A program made the position numbers and the translations under genes. A stretch of 64,000 nucleotides of DNA from Auanema rhodensis (Eukaryota > Animalia > Nematoda): assembly GCA_964057225.1 (NCBI GenBank), contig OZ059898.1, positions 6,510,001-6,574,000 on the forward strand, written 5' to 3'. Shown in pieces: positions 24,512 through 43,793 of the stretch. The notes under the pieces were generated by a model. That model had not been told where the DNA came from. It worked only from the letters and a program-made list of their open reading frames with translations, and did not search any database. Within the stretch, counting starts at the first letter, position 1. Each line of letters starts with the position of its first letter.

Positions 24512-26538
24512 ATGTCCAATTTAAATCCACATAAAACTAAATTAGAAAGACGGTTAAGAAGCGCCACGGATACAGATATAATTTTAAATGGTTCAGTTAC
24601 TTCCCATAATGATGTTGATAATGACATAGGTTCTCACAAGTATGTGATTTTAAAGAATTTGGAGAAATTTATTATTTGTAGAGAGAAGTTGTTCAAGCTC
24701 TTTGATTTAATTGAAAAGGAATTTGACGATCTATATACAGAAAATGCGGCTCGTATGACAAATATAGCAATTCATTCACTGTAGTATTGTGTTTCAGTTC
24801 GATTGCGATTGGACAATTTATCTGGTATTGATGGTGACTCCAGTGTACTCCAAACAGAAACTCTTCCTACAAATCATGAGGGCTTAAAAGGCAGTGGCAG
24901 CAGAAAAGGTGTGTTTTTGATTTTGTCTTACGTTTTCTCGTTTTGCAAATTGTTTATGATGTATTATGGACTGTTTCAAAAGAGTGGTGTTCAAACTTTG
25001 GGACTGCAAATGTCTTTTCTTATGTTGTAATTATACTGATTTCAAAATTAATTTAGCTATGCAAGTGGGACAGCGATTGCGAACAGCTCTGCGAGGCCCC
25101 CCTACTAGACTAGTATTTAAAGTTGGAGGAGATGAAACAAGATTCAGGTTTGTATATTATGTAAGAGTATATTCCTATTTTTATACAGATTATCAAGAAG
25201 AATTGACGGGCATAAAGACGGAGTTTGGCATGTCGCCTGTGATTCAGCTCGGGGTGTTTGTGCTACCGCTAGTGCTGGTATGGGATGTTTGATATTCACT
25301 ATAAATTTTATAATTGTTAGATCAAACTTCGTCTATATGGACAATTGAAAATGGTAATTGTTTGGCAACATACACAGGGCATTCAGGTTCCGTCAATTGT
25401 GTTTCTTTCACGTCGAAAACGGAGTTTTCTTCGAATGAGGTACTATTTCCTTTCTTTTTCTTTTTAATAAAAATCCTCAGGCTCTTGTTGTCTCAGCAAG
25501 TGGAGATGAGTCTGCACATATATGGAAGGCTGCTATTAATAACGTAGGTCATACAAGCTCAGAAGAAGACGAGGAAAGGGATGTTGAAGGAGGTAACAAC
25601 ATAAATCTAATGCTTATTATATGCTTTTTAAGAAAATGAAGCAAAATCTGAAGGAGTCAAAATTAAAAATCCTCTTTTGCGGCTAACAGGACATACTGGT
25701 GCAGTGGTGGGATGTGAATGGTTACCCGGCGGAAATCAAGTTATAACAGCTAGTTGGGATAGAAATGCTCATATGTATGACGTAGAGAGAGGGGAAATAT
25801 TGAATATATTGAGTGGTAAGCGCCATTTTTCAATTTTTTTTTTAATATTCGTGATTAGGTCATGAACAAGAACTAACAAGTTGTACTTCCCATCATTCAC
25901 AACGTTTGGTTGCTACGTCTTCCAAAGATTCTACTTTCCGTTTATGGGATTTTCGCGAGCCTATACATTCAGTGGCAGTTTTCCAAGGTCACCAAGAGTA
26001 ATATACGGATTATTTTGTTCTCTATTTGTATTTTGTTATAGTTCAGTTACAAGTGTTGCGTTCTCTATGGGCGATAGAATAGTGTCAGGAAGTGACGATC
26101 GAACTGTTAAGGTGGGTGATACAATGCTTAAACATAATTCTTTAATTCCTGTTGTATTTAAGGTATGGGATTTGCGAAACATGAGGTGTTCTATTGCTAC
26201 AATTAGGTTACCATCCGCCTCGAACAGAATATCTATTGGACAAGTAAGGTTAACTGAACCATTTATATAAATAAATATTCGTAGAATCATGGTCTAATTG
26301 CCATTCCACTTGATAACAGACATATTCGAATACATGATTTGTCAGGAAACAGAATTCAACGACTTCCCAATCGAAGAGTGAGATATAAATTATTTCTAAA
26401 TTAAAATTATTATTGCAGTGTCACAGCCGAATGATTTCTTCTGTTTGCTGGATAGATGATAACCCTTACCATAATCTTGTATCTGTCGGTTTTGACCGAA
26501 CAATTGCTTATTGGAAAGTAGCATTAGGTAAAGAATAA
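24512..26538 (+). CDS. WD40-repeat protein WDR37-like
   Basis: [26 protein letters not shown] coiled coil, then WD repeats ([52 protein letters not shown]). Confidence 0.9.
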
Positions 26539-26773
26539 CTAACATAGGACACACTCATTTTACTATATTTCGAATATTAATCATTGCTTTTTTAAAATAA
26601 TGATCTCATCGCTGATTTATTTTAAGCTATTCAAAAAAAATATTTATTAAATAATGCATAAAACTAAACAAAAACAACCCGATAGTCATTTGTACTGATA
26701 AAACGAATTATCAATTATGTATGTAAGTTACAAATGTAAAAGTGAGATAAAAATTATCCATTGTATTATTTAT

Positions 26774-28795
26774 CTATTCCTTGCTTTTATTTACACCTAC
26801 TACCTCAGGATTCACTCTATCTAATGGTGTCCCATATTCACTTTCATCAAAATCTCTAAACGATTCTCCAGTTGAAACTTCCCCAATTTCTAATTGGCCT
26901 CCACCAAAACCAGTAGACATTTCCGCCAGTCTGAATATTATGATGAATATAATTTGGCATTTTTGCTTACCTCTTGTCCACTTTATCGATCATCGCTTGG
27001 AAATCATCAGCAGTTGGTTGAGAACGGTCTGACACGGCAGATTTGTCTGTACCATCCTCACGCAAAACACCATCAAGGAAATCTTCACCGAATGGGTCTA
27101 ACGCGAAAAATTTTAAAAGTTCAAATATTTATTATTAAGCCTTACCATAATCTTTTTTCTCCCCGTCTTTCTTTTCATTTGCTCGTGGGTTGAAGTCATC
27201 ATCGAATAGTGCACCTTTGTCAGGAGGAGGTGTACAGCTTTTATCTTCGGCTGCCTAAAATGAAAATTAAAGCATAATAAAGCGGAATTTAACAAACCAT
27301 AGCTAGCACTGCTTGTGGTAGCACTGTCCGCCGGGATGCCACGGGGGGCGGTGGAGCTAATGTAGGACAAGCAGGTGGTGGAGCTGATGGTGCAGGTCCA
27401 GAAGGCGAAGACGATGAAGCGGAATGTTGCCCTGAAATAAGCCAGTTAATTGGAACAAACGCATAGAAAAAATACCTGAACCCAAAGTATTATAAATAGA
27501 AGGTGAAGTGTTCACAGTAGTAGGGAATTGAGACGGAGCAGTTATTAAATCTGCGAAAGGATCCTGAGGTAACAAAGGATTGCTTCCACTGACATTTTGG
27601 TAAGGTGGCTAAAACGTATTTGTACATATGATGAACTATTAAGCTATGTTGCTACCGTGTTAGGCGAATTTGATTGATTAGGAAGCAAAGCAGTAACCCC
27701 TGGAGGAGGTGCGGAAGGCATAGGAGTAGACGGTAGAGCTGGTGCATCAAGCAGTGAAGGCTGATTCTACATATAAGTGTTAGAGAAGGCGAAACAATGT
27801 TAATCACATCTATGCAAACCTTGGTTGAGCTTCGTACATATTCAGCAAGCCGTTGACTCAACACCTAATGAAACAAATTAAATTTAATAATGCAATAATT
27901 TAATACCTGATTTTCTTGTTCTAATTCTGCTATACGTTTCCGTAAATAAAGAATTTGCTTTTGTGTTTCCAAAGATGTCTTATTGCGATCCATATAGCGC
28001 TGAATAAATAAAGAGGTTGTAACTTTTAAAAAAGAAAAAAACTTTGTAGGCTAAATCGAAAGCTTCCCCGACTGTTAAAGTAATTTGCTCTGCCATTTTA
28101 TCACTTAAAAACACAAAGCAATCATGTCTCGCCGTATCATCTTCAGATTTAGCAATAAATGAGAATACTCGTTTGTCCTTAATATAAATAAGTGAAAAAA
28201 GAAATCTAAATAGAATATTCACCTGTTTATCATCAGCACAAAAAGAAATACGTTGAAGGGGATAACGATGCAACACCATCTTGGTTTTAGAATCAGCAAT
28301 TATAACTCCTTCAACATTAATTTGTAAATCTACTTTTTGTAATTTGGCCGCTGAATGCCCAGTTTCTGACCTTTTAACCTAAATTATAATGTTGTTTAAA
28401 TTAACATAATAATAATGATAATAATATAACCTGTAATTGAAAACGTATTGCAGTTATTGCATCTCTAATAACTTCAGTACCTTTTGGTTTATCGACTTCC
28501 TTAGAACCCAAAAATTTAACAGCATATTCTACTTTACCATTAAGTAATACATCTATATATATATATACATATAGTTAATAAATTGATAGAAAAAATTAAT
28601 TAACCGGGAGGGTGTATCCATGTCTTCCCTGAACCTCCGCCATATTTCACGCCTGATGAATTTTGGCCAAAAGCCTAAAACAAAAAATAATGAATATATG
28701 CTGATTCAAAGTTGTATCACATCGCCAACAGTTGCCATAGAATTAGATATGGAACGTTTAAATGTTTTGTATATTTCTTTTCCTTTGGATGCCAT
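26774..28795 (-). CDS. ced-6: Engulfment adaptor CED-6/GULP (PTB domain, leucine zipper, Pro-rich tail)
   Basis: EIYKTFKRS..KTWIHPP..RISFCADDKQDKRVFSFIA..AEQITLTVGEAFDLAYK. Confidence 0.95.
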
Positions 28796-29615
28796 TGAAG
28801 TATCTGGTATATAGAAATTATAATTAAAACAATTAGTTTAAACAAAAAGGAACATAAAATATTGCGATATGATCAGTTCAAAAGAAATACGTAGATGAAT
28901 CATCTCGGGCCAACTGATGCATCCACTGTACGGAGTACACAAACAAAACTTAATGAACGTTCATAGATTCCAACAAAAGGTTTTAATAATTTTACATTAT
29001 ATTATGATGAAATATTATAAAATTAGTTAAAAAAGTTCCATTAATTATAGCACTCTTGTTAAAGAATTGTTTATGCAATATAATATCTTATTATCCGTGT
29101 ATGCAGCCATATGCCTATTAACTAAATTCAATAAATAGAGAAAATAGAGAAAATGATTTATTGATTGTTTCAACTATCTGCCACTCCAGTACTAGTTTCA
29201 CGAAAGGTTGAAGACAATCAATAAAGAAATATGATTGCGAGCAAAACTTGCCATAATTAGGCAAACAAACCGCGAACGTATAAGTATTTCTTCAAAAGAC
29301 ATACGAAGAACAACAAACAATAGCTATGATAATCAAAGTGAAAATGAACTCTATAAACAGGCTGAAACCATTGCCCCCGTACTAGTCAATGTCGCAAAGA
29401 TCAATATACGAGAGTAGGTGACCTTGATGTTCAAAAATAAGTAAATTTTTTTATTTATATGTGGTTATATAAACCTGAATTAACCAAGAAAATGCAATCA
29501 AAAACATTTATTTAATTCAAAAACTTACTCGTCGGTATTCTACAACTATATTTTTTTTAATTTCTAGGATGCTAACGTAATAGATTATAGGTGATCACGG
29601 TAAACATCTAGATTT

Positions 29616-31550
29616 TTATAGTCTCCACCATGACATACGGTAACGAGCTTGAGAGTAGTTGGGGAAGGCTTCAGTACGTCCTTAACAAAATGTACATAGA
29701 ATAAAATAAAAATATCGGAACATACCAACTCCAGCAGCAGCCAAATCTCTATCATAGACATGTCTAGATACAGCCTCACGGACGGCATTGTGGTCAACAC
29801 GAGAAATAGCCTCTTCAACCTCTGCTAAGGTTCTTACCTTTCCAGTGTAAAGGAGCTAAAAACTTCAAAGTTTAAGAAACGGAACAAATGTATAACCTCT
29901 TTAGCATTGAAGTTGGCCTTTTGAGTATTGGTTTCAACTCCTTGATAGAACTGAGTACGGAACTTGTTGCGAGCCATAGTAACTTCATCTTCACCGGCTT
30001 GGCAAGCGAGATGCTGACAAATAAATATTGTTTATACTTAAATGTAAAAAAAAAACCTTCCACTCATGCTGAATGCTCTTAAGAATTCCAGTGGTATCAT
30101 CAAGTTGGTGAGAATCGGCAACTAAATAAACTCCCCAGAGTCCAGCATCTCTTAAGTTAACAAATTATATGAAAAACAAAAGCAATATGTACTTGTAGTT
30201 GATATTGAAATGTTGAAGGAAATGGAGTCCGTGATCGTGGGCAATCTTTTGAACTAAACGAGATGGGGATGTTCTGCTCAAAGCATGAGTAGCATCCCAC
30301 TGTCCAATGAAAGAATCAGCTACTTGGAGAGCAAGTGCATCGGGATGACCGTAAGGGACTCCCTAATTTGTAATGTAAATATTTAAAAAAAATTAAAAAC
30401 AAACCTCAACAGCAAAAGCTCCATACATGTGCTTGATGTTATCATTACGGTACAAAAATTCAGATCCAGTGAAGCGGACACCGCTGACCTGTGATAAATA
30501 AGAAAAGAGCTTGGAAAACTTTATAAACCTCTGGAATTTTTCTTGGGTAATCATTGCTAAGATCTCCAAAATGCTTCTCAGCTAATTGTACGAGCTTAGA
30601 AGAATCACATCCACCTCCAACAGCCGAAAGAACCATGCGAACTGGACGGTAATGATCCTCGCGCCATTCCTTCAATTCTTTCTCTCCAATTTGCTAAACA
30701 CGCATAAAATAATAAAGACTGTTTTTTGAAAGCCTTACAGCAATGCTTTGGGTAGTACCCAATGGACTCTTGGCATAACCAGTACCCTTAAAAATACAAA
30801 AATAAAATTTCGTTGAAAAATTGACACAAACTTGGAAGGCAGCATTGTGAAGGTTATCAAAGACAACATTTTGGTATAGCTCTTCTGATTCTTCAAGTTG
30901 TTTAAGCATAGCAGAGCGTGTTTGACTGATAGATGAAGAATCAATCTTACTGTTACGAAGAACATCAGCGAGAATATCAACAACTGTAAAAAAACAATTC
31001 AGATTTTGTTACCTAAAATTGGCAAACCCTTCTCGACATCTTGTGAAGCCGCCTGAACGTAAACTCCGGTTTGGTCACGGCTAGTGAAAGAATTCAACTT
31101 AGCTCCAATTGATTCGAGTTGGGATTGAAGAGCATCAGAAGCACGCTTTCCGGTACCCTAACCAATAATAATTTCAAAAAATTAATAGAAGTTTTAATAC
31201 CTTATGAATTAGACGTTCGAGGAAGTTAGCAACTCCATTGTTTTGTTCATTTTCATATCTGGATCCAGTCTCAATCCAAACACCAACCTAGAACAACACG
31301 ATAAAAAAGTATTAAAAGGCACAAAATACAGTAGCAGTTTGCTTTCCGTTATCCTCAGAAACAACTCTGAATCCGTTCTTCAAGGTTGAAACTTCAGAAG
31401 CTGGTTGATTGCTCAGCACATCTTTGATTGAAAGGGCAGAAGCATTTCTGACCTAGAATTGAATGAATACATAGAAATAAAACTTGCGAATAGAACCTGT
31501 CCAGAAACAACAGGACGGAGAGATGTTCCAAAAACCAAACGAAGAGCCAT
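29616..31550 (-). CDS. ucr-1: Cytochrome bc1 core protein 1
   Basis: [52 protein letters not shown]; ends RYRMSWWRL. Confidence 0.95.
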
Positions 31551-31906
31551 CGCCCTATTAAACCAAGTTCTCAAATATGAATAAATTAGTAAAACAAGTG
31601 CAGACAGTTATAAATTCAATACAAACTAAAACAAAGCTTCCAAGGATTGTAATGATAAAAGCAACAACTTTTTTAAATTAATTAATTTATAAGCAAAACG
31701 CATTTTTAATACAAATTTATCTTCAAAACTGAGCCACCACCGCCCAAGACGAGTAAATTTAACGTACAGCAAGTTCGTGCCGGGACCAATTTATTTTGAA
31801 ATTCGTAAAATTGAATTTACGAAATGGAGAATTTTTATTTTTTTCTGTTTTCTAAATTGATGAATTTTAATTAATTTAACTTCGACTAATTGTTGTTGTA
31901 GTAGGT

Positions 31907-34901
<2,995 letters not shown>

Positions 34902-35685
34902 ATGTGGGCACTTGAATTGTTGTGAAATCCATACTGTTATAAGAATTGCGGTTAACATGATTGTTGCATTGAGATATTCAAATCTTCTCTTTAATAAATT
35001 TCAAAAAGTCCAACTTCTTATCTATTTATCACATAGGAATTCTATCAGGACAATGTAAAATTATTATGATTAACATAGAGATTATGTTTCTTAAAAATTA
35101 CAATACTTCTGATGATCTATTGTTTGAAAAGTTTTTAATAGTATTTTATATCTGGAACATTATATTTTATTCGTTTACTTCAGAATCGTATATTTGCAGT
35201 CCCTTAGTTTCCCATAAAATGTAATGATTTCCTGCTTTCAGCGGTACATAAGAGAATATAATTAGAAAATGCAATTGTTTGGAATATAATGTTTTCGAGA
35301 ATTATTTTCTATTTTCTTTTGATTTTAGAAATATTCTGAATATTCAGCTAACTCGTTCGATTTTCATTGTTTTTTCAATCGATAGTTTTCCTATTAACAT
35401 GTAGGCATACGAAAACGATGATAGTTTGATTTATTCAATGATTTATGCATAGTTCTTTTTCGATATATAATACTTGAGCGCTTTCCAAATAATATTAACA
35501 ACACATAGTAGAATAGCATTGGTTTTCTCTTTGATGTGTCCATGTTCTGATAACAATTCTCTCTATTGATTGAACTCTTTATCTTAATAGTAAACTGGCG
35601 TTTCTTTTACTGCCATATTTTTTCAATTTTATATATTTGTTTTTTTTATCTTTTATTGAATATCTTCTATTAGTCTATATTCAAT

Positions 35686-36867
<1,182 letters not shown>

Positions 36868-37461
36868 CATGAAACTTCGATATTACTATAGTTGAGATAA
36901 AGAAAACTTGCTAATTAGTATACAAATATCTATTTTATTCGATTGGAAGCGCAAACATACAAATAGGTTTGCAACGCTACTAGTAACTCAACAGAAACAT
37001 TTTTGCATCAAAAAACTGTAAATATTCGAATTTCTGCTTTATAACTCAGATAAAATTAAGTCTTGGTCCCACTATTCACAAATACTGATATGGATTTTCA
37101 TAAAAATGGTACAAGAGCCGTATATAAAATAGAATACATCAATAATAATATTGAAGAATTCAAGCAGTGGAACCTATACGGTAAATGCTAAAATTGACTA
37201 AATGCGCATATAGACTATAGGTGGGAATCAAAAATTCCAGCACTTGATTCCCAAACAACAGAAAATTAGTTCTTAACAAGTAATTTGAATTAAAATAACA
37301 AAAGTGAATGCGAGCATATCAAATTGGAAAAAAAAACTTTTCAAACTATGTAAGTATTAAGTAGAGAAAGAATTGAAGGTATAAAAGACTATAAACAATA
37401 TGTCGTGTTTAGTGTACAGATAATTAAAAACAATAACTTTAAATGCTATTTCAGAACCAAC

Positions 37462-39209
37462 TTACTCAATTTTTTCTTCTTCTTCATCGCTTAGTTGCAG
37501 TTTTCCAAATAATTTCCAGAGATCACTGGGAGGGCGTAAGAAAGCGATGACACATGTACAATTATCGTTACTTGGGAGATTAATTGCAGCTTGTACTAAA
37601 TACTCGGCAAGATCGTGATAATCTGAAACATATGTTATGTAATTTGAACAAAAGAGACATTGAAAGTCACCTTCAACAACATTTTGATTTACAAATTCTC
37701 TGATTAAATCAAAGAATTCATTAAGTTTAATTCCTTCACAGACTCCATCACTCATGAACATAATTAGATACTGATTAAGAACCCTTTCTATGGAAACCCC
37801 ATCACTTTCGCCGCTAATCATAGGCCTTCCAGAGATATCGCCTACAAGAGACTGAACATATATAATAAAGAATGTTTACTTTAGAACCTAAGGATCTGGT
37901 GAGATTCAGAACACCGTTTACTCGTAATTCTCCTTGTATATACAAGAGTTCTCCTCCTGCTTCTCTGATTCTGTCAGCTTCTTTCTGAAAACATACAGAT
38001 AGTTACAACTTTATAAAAGCAGTTTTTACCTGGTTGCGAGGAGTATGTGGTTCTGTGAGAAGCTCGACACCCGTGCTCGACAGCAAGTAAGCATTTGAAT
38101 CTCCCAACCATCTTAAATCAGATAATTTTAAAAAATGAAAAAAGCGAGAAATACAAAGACATACCTTATGTGGATCATTTTTTCATCCAAAAGCGCAACA
38201 ACTGCAGTACTTCCTCTACCACCCCAGCGTTCTAAGCGGCACCTGGCCGTTATACGTTTATCTAAATAGACAATATTTCATTAAAAGCTAGTAAGCAGTA
38301 CCGAGTGATTTCATAGCTAGCAATAAGGCTTCACTCCTATCATTTGGGCTTTGGTCCAAGGCTAGTCCAATTTCAAAAGGTAAATGAGCAGCAGCATAAG
38401 AGGCAATGGAAGATCCTCCATGTCCATCAAAAACCCCGAGAAGGGAAACAGGGTCCTAGAATTAAACTGAAATAGGCGAACTTTTTGAAAACATACTTTG
38501 ATATAAGGTAAATGAAATTGGAGAGTGGGTAATACAATCATACGATCCTCTTGTTCTTTTCGTCTACCTTTATCAGTTGCCGATGAGACGGGTAAACTCC
38601 ACCAGGCTTGAGGTAATCCTAGTAATCAGTAAGCCGTATATGTCAAAACAATTGAATATACCTTCAATTTCTACTTGTCTTTCAATTACTTGTAAACAAT
38701 AAGGAGATATTTCGTCTAAAATATTCTTAGCCCACTGAGCGCCATCCCGAACTGGGACATCATCTAGAATGGAGGTGGTACAACGAGTCAGAAGATGAAG
38801 GTACCTGAATCATCAAAAGGAACATCTTCGATTTGAAATTCTCTCGCATATTTCTTAATATAATTGAGCGCAACGACATATGCAACGTTGATTGGTAGCC
38901 GCCTATAATATTATTGGTTCAATAAGAAACATTAACAAGGAATACCTCTGGGTAAGATTATCTATAACAAGTTGCAATCCATCCGGCTTGGTATCATGAT
39001 GAAAAGTTTGGTTATAGGGAGGTCTGTACCGCATTACAGGTGCACCAACTAAGTATTAGAAAATATGAAGCAGTGAAGAGAAAAAAACCTCTGTCTATGC
39101 CAATAGCATTAGGTTCGAACTCAGTTTTCAAGTAATCAATTAATGTTCGTCCAGTGACATCCACAACAGGCGAACTCGACTTTTCATCGGTACTTAGAAT
39201 ATGTGTCAT
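37462..39209 (-). CDS. fem-2: PP2C phosphatase FEM-2 (sex determination)
   Basis: FEM-2-type N-terminal extension, then KGRRKEQEDR, DPVSLLGVFDGHGG, WLGDS, EAGGELLYIQGELRVNGVLNLTRSLGDISGRPMIS, DNCTCVIAFLRPPSDLWKL and an acidic tail, all matching recalled C. elegans FEM-2 motifs. Confidence 0.9.
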
Positions 39210-39777
39210 TACTATCCTATAAAATCAGGGTTGATAATTCACTTAAATCATAATATTCTGAGAATATTATATAAATTATGTCAGTGTAACGAAAACTACA
39301 AGCGAGAAATTGCTAGCCTGCGGACTATTGATCGCTCTGCCAATGAATGGCAGTTCAATATATCAAAGATAATTAATAAGGAAGCTAGAATTTGAACTCT
39401 ATTAGTAATTGATAAAACCAAGAATTTCAATATTACTACTCAATGCAAGATGTTAGACAGAAATTTAAAATAAGAAATCTAAAATGACCAAGGATTCTTA
39501 CAGGGCTACTTTTCAAAATTATAAATATCACATATTTCATAGAGCAGATGAAAGCTGAATTTGCTAATCTATGTTTCTTCGTAAAAGTTAAATCATATCA
39601 ACCTTTTCTGAGATATTGGAGATATCGAGAGAGGCGTCAACATTAAAATGCTGGCCGCGCCGGGGAAGGCGTGATGAATCGCTAAAGTGTTTCTGAGCAA
39701 AATACCTTCTTTTTATATGTTGCATCATTAAAGCTTTTATATTTAAATTTGATAAAACTTTTTTTTCATTTGAGAGA

Positions 39778-41078
39778 ATGCCGGAAACAGATTATGCTCA
39801 ATATTTTTGCAATTTATTGGAGGTTAATACATCAATGTCTACAGCCTCGGCAGCTATTGAGACATTATACAATGCTCTTTGTGCAAGCAAAGGTGAAACA
39901 GTGATATTTATGTCAAACAAGCATATAAGTTTCAGCAAACACTGTAACTGAGCTAAATTCTGATTTGGATGTAGTGGTTACTGCCCTGGCAAAAACCGAC
40001 CACAGTTCCACTTCTATTCGGAGTGCTAGCGATTTATTCAGGAGGTGTCTTTTTTTTTCTATTTCTTCTTATTCACATTCTCAGATTTATATCCTTGGCT
40101 CCCGCTCATCTATTAGATCAAAGAGAGTTTTCACGTGTTTTGGAATTCTACAAGGAAAGGGGAAGAACATTCATTCAACGTGTTGAAAGGTCTCGAAGTT
40201 TGATTTCCAATTTTTCACAAGGCTTTCTTATGAAGAATACGGTACATTTTTATCTTTTACTTTTTTGTGTTATATACAAAATTAAAGAATATTCTCACCC
40301 ATTCGTACAGTAAGGTGGTTCTGGAAGCCTTGTTACAAGCTCAAAAAAGCGGGATTAATAATCATGTTTGGGTATGATTGGAATGCCGTTTTTATTTTTA
40401 AATGGAAATTTAATATAGGTTACTCAATCACAACCTGATCAATCTGGTATAAAAATGCATGAAGAATTGAAGAAAAACAATATTAAAACAACACTCATCT
40501 TGGATAGTTGTATTGGGTTAGTCTCTTAATATCAAGATAGAATATTATTTCAAATGCTGAAAAAACATATATATATGAGTTTAGCTATATTATGGAGAGA
40601 GTTGACATAGTTGTGGTTGGTGCTGAAGGTGTGATGGAAACTGGTGGTATTATCAATAAGGTAACATATTTTGTTGTTTGCTATTCGTATGATATATCCG
40701 TTTAGATTGGCACTCTAAGTTTATCAGTCTGCGCCAAAACTATGAATAAACCTGTTTATGTAATGGCAGAAAGTATCAAATTTGTAAAAGAATATCCTTT
40801 GAATCAGTCTGATATTCCTGAAGAATTTAAGGTTATTCTAACTTACTACTTTTTTATTTCCTTTTTTAACAATTATATTTTAGTATCGAACATCAGTATT
40901 GGAAAACAATGATCTTGCCGAAGAGCACCCTTTAGTTGACTATACTCCGCCTCAGGTAAAATGTGCATAAATTCTTAACTTATAATATTAATTTTAGTAT
41001 ATCAACCTATTGTTTACTGATCTAGGAATACTAACGCCAGCAGCTGTAGGAGAGGAATTGATCAAATTGTATATCTAA
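39778..41078 (+). CDS. Translation initiation factor eIF2B alpha subunit
   Basis: [89 protein letters not shown]. Confidence 0.93.
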
Positions 41079-41297
41079 AATGTATTCTTTATCTTACATT
41101 GGACTCTTTTGAGACTTTCATATATAATTTCATATTTGCGATCGGGTCGAAATAAATTTTTTATCAAACAAGTCTGATTTATTCGAATTTTCTGTTCATA
41201 AAAGGTGTCTTTGACGTGGTGTAGTGCCACGTTAGATATTTGCTGGGCTAATATTCGAGGCACTAACGACGGGGAATTAACAAATTTATTTGATGGA

Positions 41298-43793
41298 ATG
41301 AAGAGAGTATTAGTGTTTCTCAGTCTAGTTTCACTTTTTTTTTGTGAAATTAAACCCAAAGTAGCCAGAATCACGTCTCAAGATCAGATAGAGGTGCAAT
41401 TGCTCTTGAAATAAAGCTATATTCTTCAATATTTAGGCGTTGATCAAAGCTAAGAATAATGTTTTAGTTTATTTTCACTTAGAAACTGCTGTTATAGGTA
41501 ACATCTTAATAGATGTTGCCGATCAACTTGATGGGAAAGCTATCATTGGTAGGTTTCTTATAAAGTAATTGTTTATATAATGAGTTATGAGTTATAAATA
41601 ATTAAATCGTTAATCCTATATAGCATTTGTGTATTGTGATTCACAAGATGGTCATCTTCTGTGTGATGCAATGGACGTTCATCCGGAACCTTTTATTCTT
41701 CGACATTATTAGTGAGCTTGGAAGATATGCCAAGATATTTATATTTCATTATTTATAGCGAAGGATTTTTCAATTTGGATTATAACAAGAAAATCACTCT
41801 AAAAGATATTAAAAGGTTCTTATTAAACCATACGAATTATTAATTGAGTGTATAGTTTCCTACTAAATCCACTGGTAGATATTCCATGGTCATCACAAGC
41901 TGGCGCAGAAAATGTTATACATATTCAATCAGAAGAGCACTTTATTGAAGTAACTACACATTTAATATAATCAATTAAAAAATTTACTTCAATATCGAAT
42001 TGATATCTAAAAGCTCAACCAATTTAAATGAATTTACATTTTTATGATAAAGCAGCGTGTTCTGCTACCAATTATAACATTTTTGAAACGGTTAAACCAC
42101 ATTTTAGATGCAATGTTTTCTTTAAAAGTATTTTCACATAGAGCTTTCGTACAAAGATTTTTTTTGAACGAATTCACCAATTAAATTAATTTTCAGACAA
42201 TCAACGAAAAGAAACAAACTTTATTTTTTTTTTATTTGCTGGATCACAAAGATTGTAGAAAATTGATTCCCATTTGGAAGTAAAACATTAAATCAAAATA
42301 CTGAAATGGAAAATTTTTGGATTTCAGTGATCTGGCGGATAAATATGAAGGCAGATTTCAATTTGCAGCAATTGATATGAGTAATCCTAAGAATGCAGCT
42401 ATGGGTAGGGTTTACCAGGTTGATATATACATATATATACTCTTGTATACTTGTTCACATATTTAGATTAAAAAGTATCCTAGTCTACAGTACTTTGAGA
42501 TGGGTGTTCACATGTTTGCATATGAAGATAAGCTTGATGCTGTTTGAATTTTGTATTTTCATTAATATTTGACGTTCCTATTCAGAATTCTATAGCTGAA
42601 TGGATTAGGAAGCCACAACGTATGGAGCCTAAATCATATGACAGAGATGTGAACGAGCATTGGGAATATCAAGCAAATTCCATGTTGGATCATTTATCTG
42701 ATGCAACTTTCGCAGACTATATAAACAAAAATGCTCGAGTTTTAGTCGTATTTCATGCTCAATGTCAGATTTTCGAAAAATTGCCTTTTAAAACATTCAA
42801 CTCTTATAGGGTGCGGATTTTGCAAAAAATTTCAACCAGTAATCGAGAATGTTGCCAGAAAAGTAAAAGCAGAAGGCCATAAAATTTCTATAGTAGCTAT
42901 AGATGGGTCTAAAGTATACCATATTCTCAGAATTCTTCATAATTTTATATATTTTAGAACGAAAAAACTAGAAAAAAACATCTTGTGGATGGATATCCCA
43001 AAGTAAAATATTTTGAAAATGGAAAACTTCGTTTGGATATTAAAGAACGAATGGAAGAGCAACTCATGATTTGGATCAGAAAGTTCTAGAGCTTTCTTTG
43101 AAATTGAAATTTTAAATTAATTTTCCAGTCCTGCTTCATCAATTGTAGGGACTGTAGATGAGTGGAGTAAAAGCACAAAACATGTGGATTTTCTTACTGA
43201 AGAGAACTGGCCACAAGTTGAAGATCGAAAACATTCATTCATCCTGTTCTATGCACCATGTAAATGATCTTTCTTTTAGATTTATTCAAAAATTGATCAA
43301 ACACTCTTCATATTCATTTAATTCAAAATTGCTAGTGGACAAAGCCGCTCAATTGAATTCAGGAACACCATTTGTTTTATAATAGTCTATACAAACAATT
43401 ATGTTCCATCAGATATATCAGCTTGGTTGAATCATTATTTTTATTTGTCTCCTTAGGGTGTGGACATTGTAAAAATGTAAAGGAAATGTGGGCTGATGTT
43501 GCAGCCATATTGAGAAAACAATCTCAATTTTTAATAGGAGCAGTGGATTGTACAATACAGGTTTGTAAGATTTCAAACTTTTAACAAAACAAATTATTTC
43601 TTTCAATTATTTTACAAGAGCTATTTTGCAGAGAACATTGTGCCAAAAGCAAAAAGTCGGAGCCTATCCTTCATTCAAATATTATTATTATGGAGATTTA
43701 CTAGACACCTACAGGGGTGGGCGTAGCCAATCTCATTTTCTTGAATACCTTCGTGGAAAAGATAACCCTCAAATAGGGCACACAGAACTTTAG
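41298..43793 (+). CDS. ER protein disulfide isomerase, PDIA5-like
   Basis: Signal peptide, four thioredoxin-like domains with motifs HKDC (degenerate), WCGFC and WCGHC, PW..AENVIHI linkers, C-terminal HTEL retention signal. Confidence 0.82.

Noticed and set aside
31200-31260. Loss of the HxxEH zinc motif in ucr-1 (NFLERL)
   Set aside because: Expected for the non-catalytic core 1 protein; similar in C. elegans.
37222-37252. Hairpin GGGAATCAA/TTGATTCCC with a minus-strand Sm-like AATTTTTG, as a possible SmY RNA
   Set aside because: The Sm-like site is buried in the stem and the flanking hairpins are missing; more likely 3' UTR structure or chance.
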